Shown: positions 38,219 to 50,925 of the stretch, one piece after another | Layout of the letters: every line of letters begins with the position of its first letter | How positions within the stretch are numbered: the first letter of the stretch is position 1 | From: Octopus vulgaris | Lineage: Eukaryota | Assembly: GCA_951406725.2 (NCBI GenBank) | Contig: OX597829.1 | Coordinates: forward strand, 55,552,001-55,616,000 | Length of the DNA stretch: 64,000 nucleotides | Reading direction: 5' to 3' | Program-made: the position numbers and the translations under genes | Notes under the pieces: generated by a model | Seen by the model: the letters and a program-made list of their open reading frames with translations, nothing else | The model's database searches: none | What the model was told of the DNA's origin: nothing

Positions 38219-40529
38219 GGTAACATTTACACCAAGTATCAGGTTGTCAACCATCCAAAATCAGGAATAGTCTCTTTGATAGTCTTTTACACAGTCTCTG
38301 ATAACCAAATTTCATTAATAAGGCTTTGGGTGACCTTCCTATGCTGTGGTAGAAAACATGTTTAAGATGACTTGCAATGGGATCAACTTGGTATCTGTCT
38401 AATTGCAAAAATGAAATTCTTCACTGCTAAACAGCTTTGATAGTTCCATCTGTGTTGATGATAACAATCTTCAAGCTACTCTAGTTTTAGAGCCACAAAA
38501 TATGATAATAAAAATCATATGATAATGATAACAAAATATCTATTTTATTGCAATTGCAACAGATTAAATTTGGATTTCTGTTTGGGGGCCATCAATACTG
38601 ACTTTGATCTGTGTGAACGACATTCATAAAATATGTAATTTTTTTTGTTTTTAATTTGTTAAAACTGAACTTTATTGCACTGATAGAAATAGGTGCATTT
38701 TTGTTATTTGAATTAATGGCATAATTAATATTCTTCAAAAAGTTCACTAGCATACACATTGAATTGGGTTAGCATACTCATAAGTTTTTCTGAAGTATTT
38801 GATGAAGTTAGCCATTGAAAAATTGGTTGGCAAATTCAGAGCATAAATTTGGGAATAGATTAAGATCTTTCCATTTGATTGGAAGTAGAGAAATACTGCT
38901 GTTTGTGTCATAATAGACTGCAATACCCTTTATTGCTGATAAATTTTGACTGCACTTAAATTTGAAACATATACTCTAATTCAAGTTGTCACTTCTTATC
39001 TGACATTAGTTCTCCACCAAAATTTATACTTCTTTCTAATCCCAAAAAGAAAAAAAATATAATTAAGAAGAAAAAAAAAAGAAAAATTTAAAGAAAAATT
39101 TGTTCCATAAACATTTTCTTTAATCTCTCAAGACATTATGAAGAGAATCTGATTTGTTGAAAATTCATATTGTTTTGGGCTTTTGAGAGGCTGATGTATT
39201 GAATGAAAGGCAAAATTGTTTTCTTAAAAAGCAACTTTTAAAACCTTTTCAAACATCAGAAAATTGATTTTTGTCTTTGTGAGTTTGAGAATGAAATAAA
39301 AAATTCAGAAAGAAATGGGAACAATGATATCTTTGCCTAATAACGACTTTGGTCATGACTGTTTGGTTTGTGGTTTTAAAATAAAAATAATAATAAAAAA
39401 AAAGGGAAGAGTTTGAATATTATTATAAAGTTCAATACAAAGAAGAAGATTCTGAATTTTTGAAACAATTAAAAAAATACAGAAATTAAAAAATGTTCAT
39501 TAGAAATTGAAATCTAAGGAGTTCACATGATATACAAAGAAATGAGGTGTTCACATGATATACATGCAAATGGAGATGTTCACTTGGTGCATAGATTTGT
39601 GGTTAGGGTACTGGATTCCCAATTTTAAGTTGTGAATTTGAATTCTGGTTGAGGTTGTGTATTGTGTCATTGAACAAGGAATCCCATTTCACATTACTCC
39701 AGTTTACTCCTTTGAGAAGAAATAGCAGCAGCAGCAGCCATAGCAGCAGCAGTAACTGTTGGTAGTTAATCTTTTGATGGATTAATTTTTGTACTTTTAT
39801 TTGTTTATTCCTTGCAGACTAAGGTAAACTCTAGCCTAGTGAATCTGTTGGCTCATGTTGAATGCAAATTTAGTTGCACAATATTTTAGCATGGACTCAG
39901 CAGTAAAGTGTGTTTTGACAAAGATTCTGTTTGGATTCTGCAGATAATAGTTTGAAGTCAAGCCAAATCATGGTGATTGGTAGACTGAAGATATCGATTA
40001 TCTCACTTAATTATCATAAATTCATTATGTATGATGCATAATAGATGGGAGACTTTATTTGCAATGAACAGGATTATAGATAAAGTAACAAACATCTTAT
40101 ATTTTGAAATCAAATAGATATCTAGTCTTGAGAAATAAGGAAAGATCTATGTTCAAGTTTAATATTGTTGCTGAAAACTTGTTAGAAGTTAGAAAAAAGA
40201 TCAGGAAGACATCTGACTACATTAAAATTTTAATGAGATTTCTTATACTGAATTCAATTAATCTCTAAAAGTTCTGTGCTTTTTGTTTGGAATACTATTA
40301 ATCTTTATGAAAAAATTGTTGAAACTTTTAACTTAAGCATTTATAAATGTAACTAGTTGTTATTATGGTATATTTTTTAGAATTTCAAAGTTTTAAATAT
40401 GGTAGGATATGTTTTATGGCAGCAAACTTTTACCTACATAAGACTAATTTTACAAAATAAATCTTTTTGGTAGAGTTTTTAATGTTATGTATTCTTGAAG
40501 TAAAAGAGTTTTTTTTGTTTTGTTTTCAG

Positions 40530-40666
40530 ATACTAATGCTTGTGCCCATGACAATGGAGGCTGCCGTTTCTTGTGTCTTCCAACATTTGGTTCTGGACGC
40601 ACATGCGTGTGTCCTGATGATGTTGATAACAATGATTGCAGCAGTGCAGCATTATTACAGATGTAG
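40530..40666 (+). CDS. nid: Nidogen last coding exon: C-terminal EGF and stop
   Basis: ttcag|; NTNACAHDNGGCRFLCLPTFGSGRTCVCPDDVDNNDCSSAALLQM* resembles nidogen [27 protein letters not shown]. Confidence 0.95.
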
Positions 40667-41640
40667 TTAATCAACATTAAAGGTAAATATGTATGTTAAC
40701 GTACTTTCTTACTTAGGACTAGAAACAACTGAAGATTTTTTTTTATCAAAATATGTTAACATATGGTGGTGTCCCAGCATGGCCACAGCCTCAAGGCTGA
40801 AACATATAAAAGAATAAACGAATATAGGGGTGGGCAGAAGTAGGTATACAGTTGCCAAATATGAGTGAAATGTTTTTTTCATTTTCTTGTCTCTTTTTTT
40901 AAAGCTAAGAGATTCATAAATCAATTAAGGGATCTGCAGGAGATGCCCTGTTTATCATCCTTCCATGGTGGGATGGGTTGGATGGTTTGATTGGAGCCGG
41001 CAAGCTGGACATGTACACCAGTCTCTAGTCTGTTCCCAAATTGTTTCTATCTTTCTACAGGATGGTTTTTACATGGCACCAGCACCACTGCTTTTTATGT
41101 GAAGTCTTTTATCTTTATTCTAAAGGTTTATCGATGTACATTCTCAGTTTTTCCTATCGTGATCATCAGCATCATAAACATCATCATAGGCCAAATCTCC
41201 ATTATAATAATTTTTTTTAACCTTATTTTTGTTACTCATATCAGTCATTGGACAGCAGCCAAGCTGGGGCCACCATTCAAACAAATCAAACCCACAACCA
41301 TTTACTTTTATAAAGTCTTGTAATTATTCTGTTAGTCTCTAATTGCCAAACTGCTAAGTTATGAGGAAGTAAACAGACACGTGTTGTTTGATAGTGGTGG
41401 GGGACAAACACAAAACACACACATCTAGATAACACACACACACACACATATATATGATGGGTTTCTTTTAGTTTTTGCTTACCAAATCCACTGACACATT
41501 TTTGGTTGACCTGTGGCTATAGTAGAAGACACTTGCCCAAGGTGCCATGCATTGGGATTGGAAGAAAACTTCTTGCCACACACCTACGCCTGCACCGTGT
41601 TTCCATAAAATCAACATCACAGTCATCATTGTAGCTTCTA

Positions 41641-41960
41641 TGCAAGTGGCTTACTGGTTAGGGTATTCGACTTACAATTGTAAGGTCATGAGTTCGATTC
41701 CTGGAGGCACATTGTGTCCTTGAGCCAGACACTTCATTTCACATTGCTCCAGTCCACTCAGCTGGCAAAAATTGAGTAGTACCAGTAATTCAACGAGGCC
41801 AGCCTTGTCACATTCTCTGTTATGATGAATCTCCCCAAGAACTATGCTAAGGGTACACATATGTCTGTGGAGTACTCAGCCACTTGCTTGTTAATTTCAT
41901 GAGCAGGCTGTTCCATTTGTAGCATCAACTGGAACCCTCATCACCTTAATTGGTGATAGC
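41641..41960 (+). mobile_element. tRNA-derived SINE, family C
   Basis: TGGCTTACTGGTTAGGGTATTCG...GAGTTCGATTCC head; related copies near 700, 24700, 33040. Confidence 0.8.
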
Positions 41961-42148
41961 ATATATATCTTGTGCAGCTTTCCAGCTTGCCTGTTCTCAG
42001 TCAAACCGTCCAACCCATGCCAGCATGGAAAGCGACAACCATGTCCACCACCCCCACTGCTGCTGCCAAAGTCGCTGGTGCCGCTGAAGCCACCAAAACC
42101 ACTGCCATCACCAAAGCCGCTTCCACTACCACCACCACCACCACCACA

Positions 42149-42185
<37 letters not shown>

Positions 42186-42237
42186 TCAGTTGCCGTCTTT
42201 GTAACACAATTAAGTTTTCTTTTTTTCTCTCTTCCAG

Positions 42238-42291
42238 ATTCCTGTGATACCTACAGAAGGTTGAGGAAACCTCTCAGTTTCCAGCAGAAAA

Positions 42292-42335
<44 letters not shown>

Positions 42336-42676
42336 AAATATGTCTGTTTTAGAAAGAGAATATTGAATGCTGACATCTTTTTTTTTTTTTTTGTTTTTCA
42401 CTCTGGATGAGCAAATCCTTTCATACCTTATATATTATTTTGATACATAATGAGAAATTTTTCTAACAGGATCAAATAAAATCGAAATACTACTAAACGT
42501 ATAAAAGGATATGACACATCTGTTTATCAACAAATGAGTGAAAATTATAAAACTTACTGAAAGCAAAAACCGATAAGCTTGTATCAGCATACGTATATTT
42601 GATGACAGCTTAAAAAAAAAAAATTCATTAGTGATATTTGATATTTTAGATAAGAGAAGGTAAATATGAAAACTGA

Positions 42677-42730
<54 letters not shown>

Positions 42731-43420
42731 TATATTTTCTGCCTGGAGTTAAAAATGCTGCCATTTTTTAAATGTCTTTTGATGTCTTTTGATAATTTTT
42801 ATAAATTTTTGCCCGAATTAAGATTTAATACATGTTGGTGTTAACATTTTAAATGCTTTTATACATATGTCTTCAGTGTTTGGAAAAAATAAAATAAAAT
42901 ATATATATAAATGAATATCAGCAAAATATTAATCACTCAAAAACAAAACATACACAAAAAAAAAAAAATAATAAATAATAAATAAAAATGATGAGGAGGA
43001 AGATGATGACAATGAAAGCAACACTGTTAGCCGTACCAGAACGCAGATGACATTGCAATGATGTCACCATGGTGATGAGGGGGATAAAAGTATAGATGAT
43101 AGAGGTGATAGGGTTAATGAGTGATATAGTTACGATTCTTATATCTTAAGTCGTTATATTTCTATTCTCTCAATGATTCTCACTCATACAGACATTAATT
43201 CATTCATGACTCGTTACATCTTAATCAATCTGGTATTCCATTTTTAAATTGATTCTAGCTTAAGCAAGTGGTTTTTCTTTTTTTTTTATATATATATATC
43301 ATCAACTTGTAAAATATTTTATTTTTTAGTTGATTTGGAATAAGTATCAACATTTCATCCTACTTTCTAAGAATGAAATTTTTCCTGCAAAATTATTTCA
43401 GTTATTAAATAAAGAACTGT
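42238..43420 (+). other. nid: Probable terminal 3' UTR exon of nidogen (3' end uncertain)
   Basis: Donor AAG|GTAAAT at 40683, 16 nt after the stop; strong polypyrimidine acceptor ending TTCCAG at 42237; several downstream AATAAA (first at 42475). Confidence 0.5.
42293..42334 (+). repeat. (CTG)14 trinucleotide repeat
   Basis: Directly visible. Confidence 0.95.
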
Positions 43421-44164
43421 GTTGTAGTGTTTTATAGTCATTCATTTCTCTAGAAATATCTTTAGTTGATAATGTAGGTTTTTAAGGAATAAATTGACTG
43501 ATTTTTATTTTCCTTTTGCTATTTTTTATTAAAAAAACGTTTTGGTATGGTTTTTCTCTTTTCTTGAAAAATGATTATTTAATTTTTTTATTTTTCATTT
43601 TTTTTTTTTTTTTCATTCTAGCATAGAAAAATACATTAAACAAAATCAGATTCAGTTTAGCTGATATTTATACTGATGGATTTCCATTCATAAATCAATG
43701 ATGGAATGGAAATAATATCTGAGTTGTAGTTAGGTAGATTGAACAAAACAGATAAAGAATTATGCTTCATTGCTGGAAAGGGGGTTTGAACCAATCATCT
43801 CTGGGCAGCAGTAGTTAAGTGTATTGAACTACATTTGCCACTTAGTAATGTAGGAATACAACTAAAGAGACCACACACTGAATCGTGTGCAAAAACTTCT
43901 TTTAGATTTTATGTGAGGCATGATGGTGTAAAATTGTAAGGTATGTTGTCATAGTTTAAATTAGATGCCGTGAAAAACATGGACAAAGGATAGACCCAAG
44001 CTGCATTTTGTATAAAAAGGATTAATTGAGAATCTCAGTTTGGGAGTTCACTGAATTAAAATAAATTATTTAAGAAGAAACGTTAAATGGATTTGAAGTT
44101 AGGGTTAGGGTTTAGCTAAACAGGAAAAATATGATGAACATGTTACATAAATGGTGTCTTTTTG

Positions 44165-44475
44165 CTAGTAAAGTGAAAACAGCAACAACAACAATAATAA
44201 TAATAATAATAAGGATTAGGTCAACTAAAGTAAAAACAACAATAATAATAATAAAAATAATAATTAGGTCAACTAAAGTAAAAACAACAATAATAATAAT
44301 AAAAATAATAATTAGGTCAACTAAAGTGAAAATAAAAATAATAATAATTAATAATAATAATAATAATAATTAGGTCAACTAAAGTGAAAATAATAATAAT
44401 AATAAGGATTAGGTCAACTAAAGTGAAAACAAAAATAATAATAATAATAATAATAAGGATTAGGTCAACTAAAAA
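44165..44475. repeat. Minisatellite of about 40-58-bp units: AGGTCAACTAAAGT plus variable (AAT)n
   Basis: Six clear AGGTCAACTAAA cores separated by AAT runs. Confidence 0.85.
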
Positions 44476-45564
44476 TGCAATGGTGTAATATGATGCATTT
44501 TAAATTTAAAAGAAAAAAGTAGAATAATTGTTTATGAAGAATGTATACAGAATGGATAAGTGATATAATAATAATTTGTTGGGTAAGAAATAAATTGGTT
44601 TCTACTCTTAAGACACAGCGATACCACATGCCACTGAAGAACTCTCAACTTGTCTCTTCTTCTCTCATCATCCATATTTTGTGTTCCCCTCCACTCTCAA
44701 GTCCTTCACAGACCACTTAACCCAGTTCTACTTCTTGTCCTGAATGTCATTTCCCTAGAATTCTTCACCTGACTATGTCTTTTCTGCAGACATTGATTTA
44801 TAATCATAACAACAAAACAAACAAAAAAAAAAAATTGATGTCATTGGATTTGAAAGGCCTGTAAAAAAAAAAAGAAAAAAGGAAAAACCATGGGTAGAGT
44901 CTCTACATTCAGTTTGGGTTGAAATAGATTAGATTTAATGACAGATTTTAAGAAAACACAGAAACAGATTTGGATAAGAAAAAAGAAATGGAGGGTCTTT
45001 CAGAGAATTGGATAAGAAGTGTAGGTTTCACTAAGTCTTGGTGATGAATATGAAAATAAGATCTAAAACAACCAAAAATAGAAAGCACTGAACATTGCTG
45101 TATTGGTATATGGTGTATAATGAAGTATGTTAATTAGTACAGAGATAAAAGCCACTGAATCACTCTTTGTAAGATGTTTAGAAAGAAATAGAGTGGTGTA
45201 TTTAGAAGTAAACAGACTTAACCCCTTGCACACAGATTTAGTACTGCCAGTCTGTGTTGTGCACTGGTATTGGATCGTTCAGTAACTTCTTAGTTTTCCT
45301 TACAAGGAATTTTACAGTGTATTGTTGTCAGTGTTGTATATTTGAAAACACAGTCCCGCACAGAGTGGGACATTGCGCTGCTTGGACACACAGTGTTTCC
45401 ATGTGGTCACTATTGCTTCCCATCTGGAAAGGGGTTAAGGAAACATAAGAAAAGAAATATACTGAAATACTTAGTGACTATTTGGAATTGATTAGAATTA
45501 CAAAAGAACTTACAAAAGGACAGAGAAATGGTATGTAGAACAATTCTTGTGGTAAAATTAAGCA

Positions 45565-45950
45565 GATGCAGGTGGGGCATGCGATAAGAAATTCGCTTCA
45601 CAAACACATGATTCTGGGTTCAGTTCCACAGTGTGGCATTTTGGGCAAGTGTTTTATGCTAAGGCCTCAGGTTGACCAAAGTCTTGCGAGTGGATTTGGT
45701 AGACAGAAACTAAAAGAAGCCTGTTGCACTTATGTATATATGTGTGTTTGTGTTGTGTTTGTTCCCCCACTACTGTTTGACAACTGGTGTTGGTTTGTTT
45801 ATATCTCTGTAATCTAGCAGTTTGGAAAAAGAGACTGATAGTATAAGTACCAGACTTGAAAAAAAGTACCTGGGTTGATTTGTTAAATTAAAAGACATGT
45901 CAAGGCAGTGCTCCAGAATGGCCACATTCCAAAAGCTGAAACAAATGAAA
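45565..45950 (+). mobile_element. tRNA-derived SINE, family B
   Basis: Similar to 9503-9840 along its length. Confidence 0.75.
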
Positions 45951-46389
45951 GATTAATATTTAAAAAAAATCTCATCAAATTTCTTAGAGAATCGTACAAT
46001 GCTGTAAGATGAAGTAGAGAATGGAAGTGGATATTGTGGTTACCATAGAAGAAGAAAAGGTGAAACAAAATCCTTGATATTGGGTTATTTGGAGGCAAGA
46101 GTACTGACAACCATCAGGACCACATAAAAACAAGATATAATTATAAATCCCTACAAAATGTTAAGCAAGTGTTTAACTTTGGAATGAAAATTAGTTTGTA
46201 ATTTGTTCCAACATAAGTTTGTGGCAAACAAGTTCGGTTCACAGCTTTGTCATTCTGGTTTTGTTGCTACGGAGTTGGTAGCACGCCGAATAAAATATTT
46301 GGCGGCATTCCGTTCGCCTATGTTGTGAGCTCAAATGCTACTGATTCGACTTTGTCTTCCATCAATTCGGGGTCAATAAAATAAGTACC

Positions 46390-46620
46390 TATTTCTTTAT
46401 TACCCACAAGGGGCTAAACACAGAGCGGACAAACAAGGACAGACATAGGTATTAAGTCGATTATATCGACCCCAATGCGTAACTGGTACTTAATTTATCG
46501 ACCCCGAAAGGATGAAAGGCAAAGTCGACCTCGGCGGAATTTGAACTCACAACGTAACGCAGACGAAATACCGCTAAGCATTTCGCCCGGCGTGCTAACG
46601 TTTCTGCCAGCTCGCCGCCT
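46390..46620 (-). mobile_element. Young family A SINE nested antisense in an older family A copy (about 46265-46720)
   Basis: 13-bp TSD TAAAATAAGTACC at 46377-46389 and 46621-46633. Confidence 0.88.
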
Positions 46621-46899
46621 TAAAATAAGTACCAGTTGATCACTGGTAGTCGATGCAATCGATTAGCATCCTCCCTCCATCCAAAATTTCAATCTTTAAA
46701 CCTACACCGGAAAGGATTATATGCCAATGCATAACTAAATTCCTCCTCGTGGACTTTGACAGATTCTCTTTAACGCTTGATGAATGGTAACTAATATCAG
46801 AAATCAAAACAAACCGAGTGATATTCCCCAGCCATCAGTTATTTCTAGATCTAATGATGACATTTTTAGACCTGGTTATTCTCGTACGTACATAGACAA

Positions 46900-47500
46900 T
46901 ACATACATACAAGTATGCATGCATACAAACATGCACACACACATACACACACATACATACATACATACATGGTGGCTGCCCCCTCGTTATCGAGTATGGC
47001 CATTGCACGAAGCTTAATCCATGTTGTTATCGTGCAATGCCTGTGCAAGAAGATTTTTTTTAAAGTGAGGAAAAGCTGTGCACTGAGTCAATCCCACTCA
47101 CTAAGCAACAGCAGCCATAATCCGAAAAGAAGAACAAGCCAACATCATCGGTAACCACTGAGCCGCAGATTTTATGTCGGAGTTATCCCAGTTACCTGAG
47201 TTGCCTTCTCCGAGAAGGATGCCCTAACAAAGGCTAGGAGTCCTTCACTCCCAATGGTTTAACTGTGCGATTGGGTATTCAGTTCGATTATTTCTATGTC
47301 CCCGCGCATGATACATTTATTAGATGGCCGTTGACTCTCAAGAGTTCCTCCGCCCTTTGACGGGCTTTGTTTTTCATCCCGCAGGGTGTCCAATAAACAC
47401 CCTCCTCACCAAGCAAGCTTGGTGGGGTTGGCGGTTTAGTCGCCGACGACCCGAACATGCACCGGGTTACATGTTACCAGCAGCACTCGAAAGTGACCTA
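46900..47500 (-). mobile_element. Probable non-autonomous RTE-type element with (ATGT)n tail
   Basis: GC-rich block whose minus-strand 3' end (CTCGATAACGAGGGGGCAGCCACC-ATGTATGT) resembles the fragment at 58965-59040. Confidence 0.5.
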
Positions 47501-47831
47501 ACATAGCATACATACATAATACAAACACGATGTCTGGAACTCGATTTTGAGCAATACCATCTCTTGATTGTTCTCTTAAACATAAACAACACAGTTGTTG
47601 TTTTTGTATACATAAGTAACAATGATGGGCACCTCTTGCAATAGGTGTTACAATATTTTTGGTGAACCTTCATATGACGTTTCAGTCCAGCCTCTTGATA
47701 CACATCCTTTCCCAAACCTCTGCCAGTAGAGATGTTGTATAATGCATAGTTAACAACTTCCTGTAGTTTCTCAGATGACTTTTAAAACCTGCCTTACTTA
47801 GTCAGACACAGCCACACTCGCTATGTGCTCA

Positions 47832-48533
47832 TTGATAGTCGTGGTCACCATTATAGATAGTGATCCGTGGTGCGTGTTGTGAGACCATCTAATAATGACT
47901 CATATCAGAAGGCTGAAATAATACATATAATGTGCCAGTTGGAAAAGAGAGCGACACAACCGAGAAGAAAAGCTTATGAAAGATTTATTGATATATTTAC
48001 ATGCATCTGTGTGGGCTCTATGTTTGCTGTTAACCATGGTGAAGTAGTTCACGAACAGCGCTATGTTGGAACCTGTGCAGCGTTGCTGGTGCTGTGCATG
48101 TAGAGATGTTGTTGATGGCATTGGTGAGAGACATGATGGCGGCGACGAAGATGGAGGTCGCTGTAATGCTGTTGGACGGGTGTTGTCTGGCATCGTCGCT
48201 GGAACTGGCTGTGTCGTGTGATCAGTGGCTAGACCTTAGAAGGTCTGAAACCAACAGACATCGAGACAAGGGGAAGGTGGATTTCTATAGCTAACAGTAG
48301 GCTCAAAATTGGAGTTTAGAACAGGCTGTCTCGCGTGATTTATTTGGAGGCTGCGATTGGTTAGGTTGCATATTGGCGCGCGACAGAGTAAGAGACATAT
48401 TACGCCAATACCAACCAATCAGAGTGGTGGACACAACAGGGTCCAAACAGCGGCCAAAGGTTAGCTGTTACCTGCTACGTTCAAATGTATGTATAGTAAA
48501 GGAGAGATGAATTTCCCTAGAGTGTGCGCTACA
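47832..48533 (-). mobile_element. Gypsy-type LTR (~680 bp) plus tRNA-Trp-like primer-binding site
   Basis: Starts TGTAGCG on the minus strand, similar to 50926-51936; TGGTGACCACGAC at 47850-47838; flanked by TGCTCA direct repeat. Confidence 0.75.
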
Positions 48534-48971
48534 TGCTCAACCAGGCTGTGTGCCATACTCAAGCAAATTAACATCGAGATTTTTACAAACATCTCTCTTG
48601 AGCTTTTCATGTTCATTACAATTTCAATCGAATACTTTCCTCCCATCAAAATGAACGCTCTAGAGCACTCAGTAAACTCGCAGCCCGCCTGATGGTGGGT
48701 CACGTCTCATGCGGCCCACTCCCTGAAAAACCACACCCATGCTTAATCTACAGTGAGCTTTCCCTATCCATTTCCCAAGTTTCTTCTTTCTTAACTTTCT
48801 TCCCTGTATTATTAATGCAGCTTAATTTCCGTTTGTATTTTGGTCTTTTACTCAAGACAACTCACTCTACAGAAACAGAAACAAACCTATCATGATGCTT
48901 AAGCTTTCTCAGAATGTTCAATAAGGCATTTCTATTCTCAGATATGTTCATATATAGGCATTTCTATATCC

Positions 48972-49005
<34 letters not shown>

Positions 49006-49455
49006 CATACAACAACAAAGACTTGATACATGTCCATTACGCTCCTTGCATTTTCTTGCGATTGCTTACCACTTCCTACAGTTTCTGAGACTCATGAAAG
49101 ACTTCATCAGTGATGTTGTTGAGAATTTATTCAGCATGATGTTCTTACACGACTCCATGCCTAAAACAGAGGGAAGAGATATTTCCCACTAATTCCCATT
49201 CCCACATGCAGCATTCCTATCCTTTCCCTTTATAAAGAACCAACATCAACACAACTTTCCACTCTTTGGATAATCCCTGATCCAAACGCAGTCAGACATT
49301 GAAGCAGGTTTTCACTCAACATAAAAACCATCCCTCACAGGTAACTTACCACTTTTTAGCTTTATCACACCATTTCCAACTTCTCCAAAGGAATGAGTTT
49401 CTGCCACATGTGTTCTTTTGCAAGCATACAGAGAATCAAACCAAGAAACGCTTCA

Positions 49456-49945
49456 TCAATCATCATCATCATCGTTTAACGTCCGTTTTCCATGCTGGCA
49501 TGGGTTGGACAGTTTGACTGAGGTCTCGAGAGCCAGCAGCTGCAACAGGCTCCAATCTGACATGGCAAAGTTTCTATAGCTGGATGCCCTTCCTAACTCT
49601 AACCACTGTAGTGGATGCCTTTTACGTGCCACTGGCACAGGGGCCAGGGGAGCTGACATCGGCCACGATCGGATGGTACTTTTTACATGCCACCGGCGCG
49701 AAAGCCAATCAAGGCAGCACTGACATCGGTTATGTTCAGATACCACCGGTATGGGGGTCACAACTACAATTTTCATTTGATTGTAATTTGATTTGATTTT
49801 GATATTGTCGTTGATGTTGATGTACTTGACTAAATAGATCCCAAGCACTGCATGTCGCCCTACGATCCAAGATACGTCTTTAAGTGAGCTGCTTATGCGA
49901 CACCGGTGTAGGTTACAGCTGTGAACTCACTTCATTTGCCGGTGA
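49456..49945 (-). mobile_element. Non-autonomous retroelement, (ATG)n-tail family
   Basis: (CAT)n-CGTTTAACGTCCGTTTTCCATGCTGGCATGGG; related to 29641. Confidence 0.7.
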
Positions 49946-50925
49946 GCTGACAATCACCGGCAAGTCTATTCAAAAGTTATTCTCACCACCTCACAAGAAT
50001 ATCTTTTCATTTAACACTGGACTTCTTCATTTTCACTAAATCAATCTTGCTGTTTTCTTTCCACTAAACCCAGAAAATCTTTGCAAATGCCATGTAAGGA
50101 TGTTTTGGTCTCTTTGAGATGAATATTGTCCATTCTGCTCTCCAACTCCCCTTAATGGCATCATCTTTCAGACGTGTCATATTCAATTTCTTTGGTTCCT
50201 ACTTTTGGTTTTCTACCCTCACCTTTGTACAAACAAGACAATGGTCGGGCCAGCATTCAGCTTCCTGCATAAAGTACCCCCACCACCCACATCATAAACA
50301 TCTTGCCTACGAACAAGAACAAAATCAATCATATGTTGCTGTTTTGAGCCGAGATGTATCCAGGTTGTTTTGTACCTGACTTTCCGTTGGGACTTTTTCT
50401 ATTGCTGAACCGCTAGGTTACAGGAGCGTAAACAAACCAACACCGATTGTCAAGCAGTGATAGTGGAACAGACACATAACATACGTACATTCTTATATAC
50501 ATACATACATACATACATACATACATACATACATACATACATACATACGTACGTACGTACGTACGTAAGTACGTACGTATATACATGCTTACATACATAC
50601 GTACGTTCGTACATACATACATATATACGTACATACATACATACGTACGTACGTACATACATACATACATAAATACGTACGTACGTACGTTCTTACATAC
50701 AATTACAAAGTCACACAATAACAAACACACTCACACATGCACGAAGGGCTTCTTTCAGTTTCTGCCTCTCAAACCTACTCACAAGGCTCTGGTCGGTTTG
50801 GGCCTGTAGTAGAAGACACTTTTCCAAGGTGCCGCGCAGTGGCAACGAACTGAAGTGCACTTGGTTTGGAAGCCACCTAATTACACAGTCAAGCCCACGC
50901 CTTTTATAAATTTAACCAAGAAAGT

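Larger units (their letters stand above)
47560..50390 (-). mobile_element. Fragmented RTE-clade LINE relic interrupted by an LTR and other inserts
   Basis: Minus strand: endonuclease end KTTWIHLGSKQQHMIDFVLVRRQD..ECWPDH (~50230-50380); RT-start LYKGKG (~49230); C-terminal HEKLKR, ECGCV*LSKAGFKSHLR and GLKRHMKVH. Confidence 0.75.

Noticed and set aside
44099-44115. TTAGGG telomere-like repeat
   Set aside because: Only two perfect units, expected by chance
44165-44475. Repeat-spacer pattern superficially like a CRISPR array
   Set aside because: Eukaryotic context, spacers are AAT runs rather than unique sequences, and no cas genes
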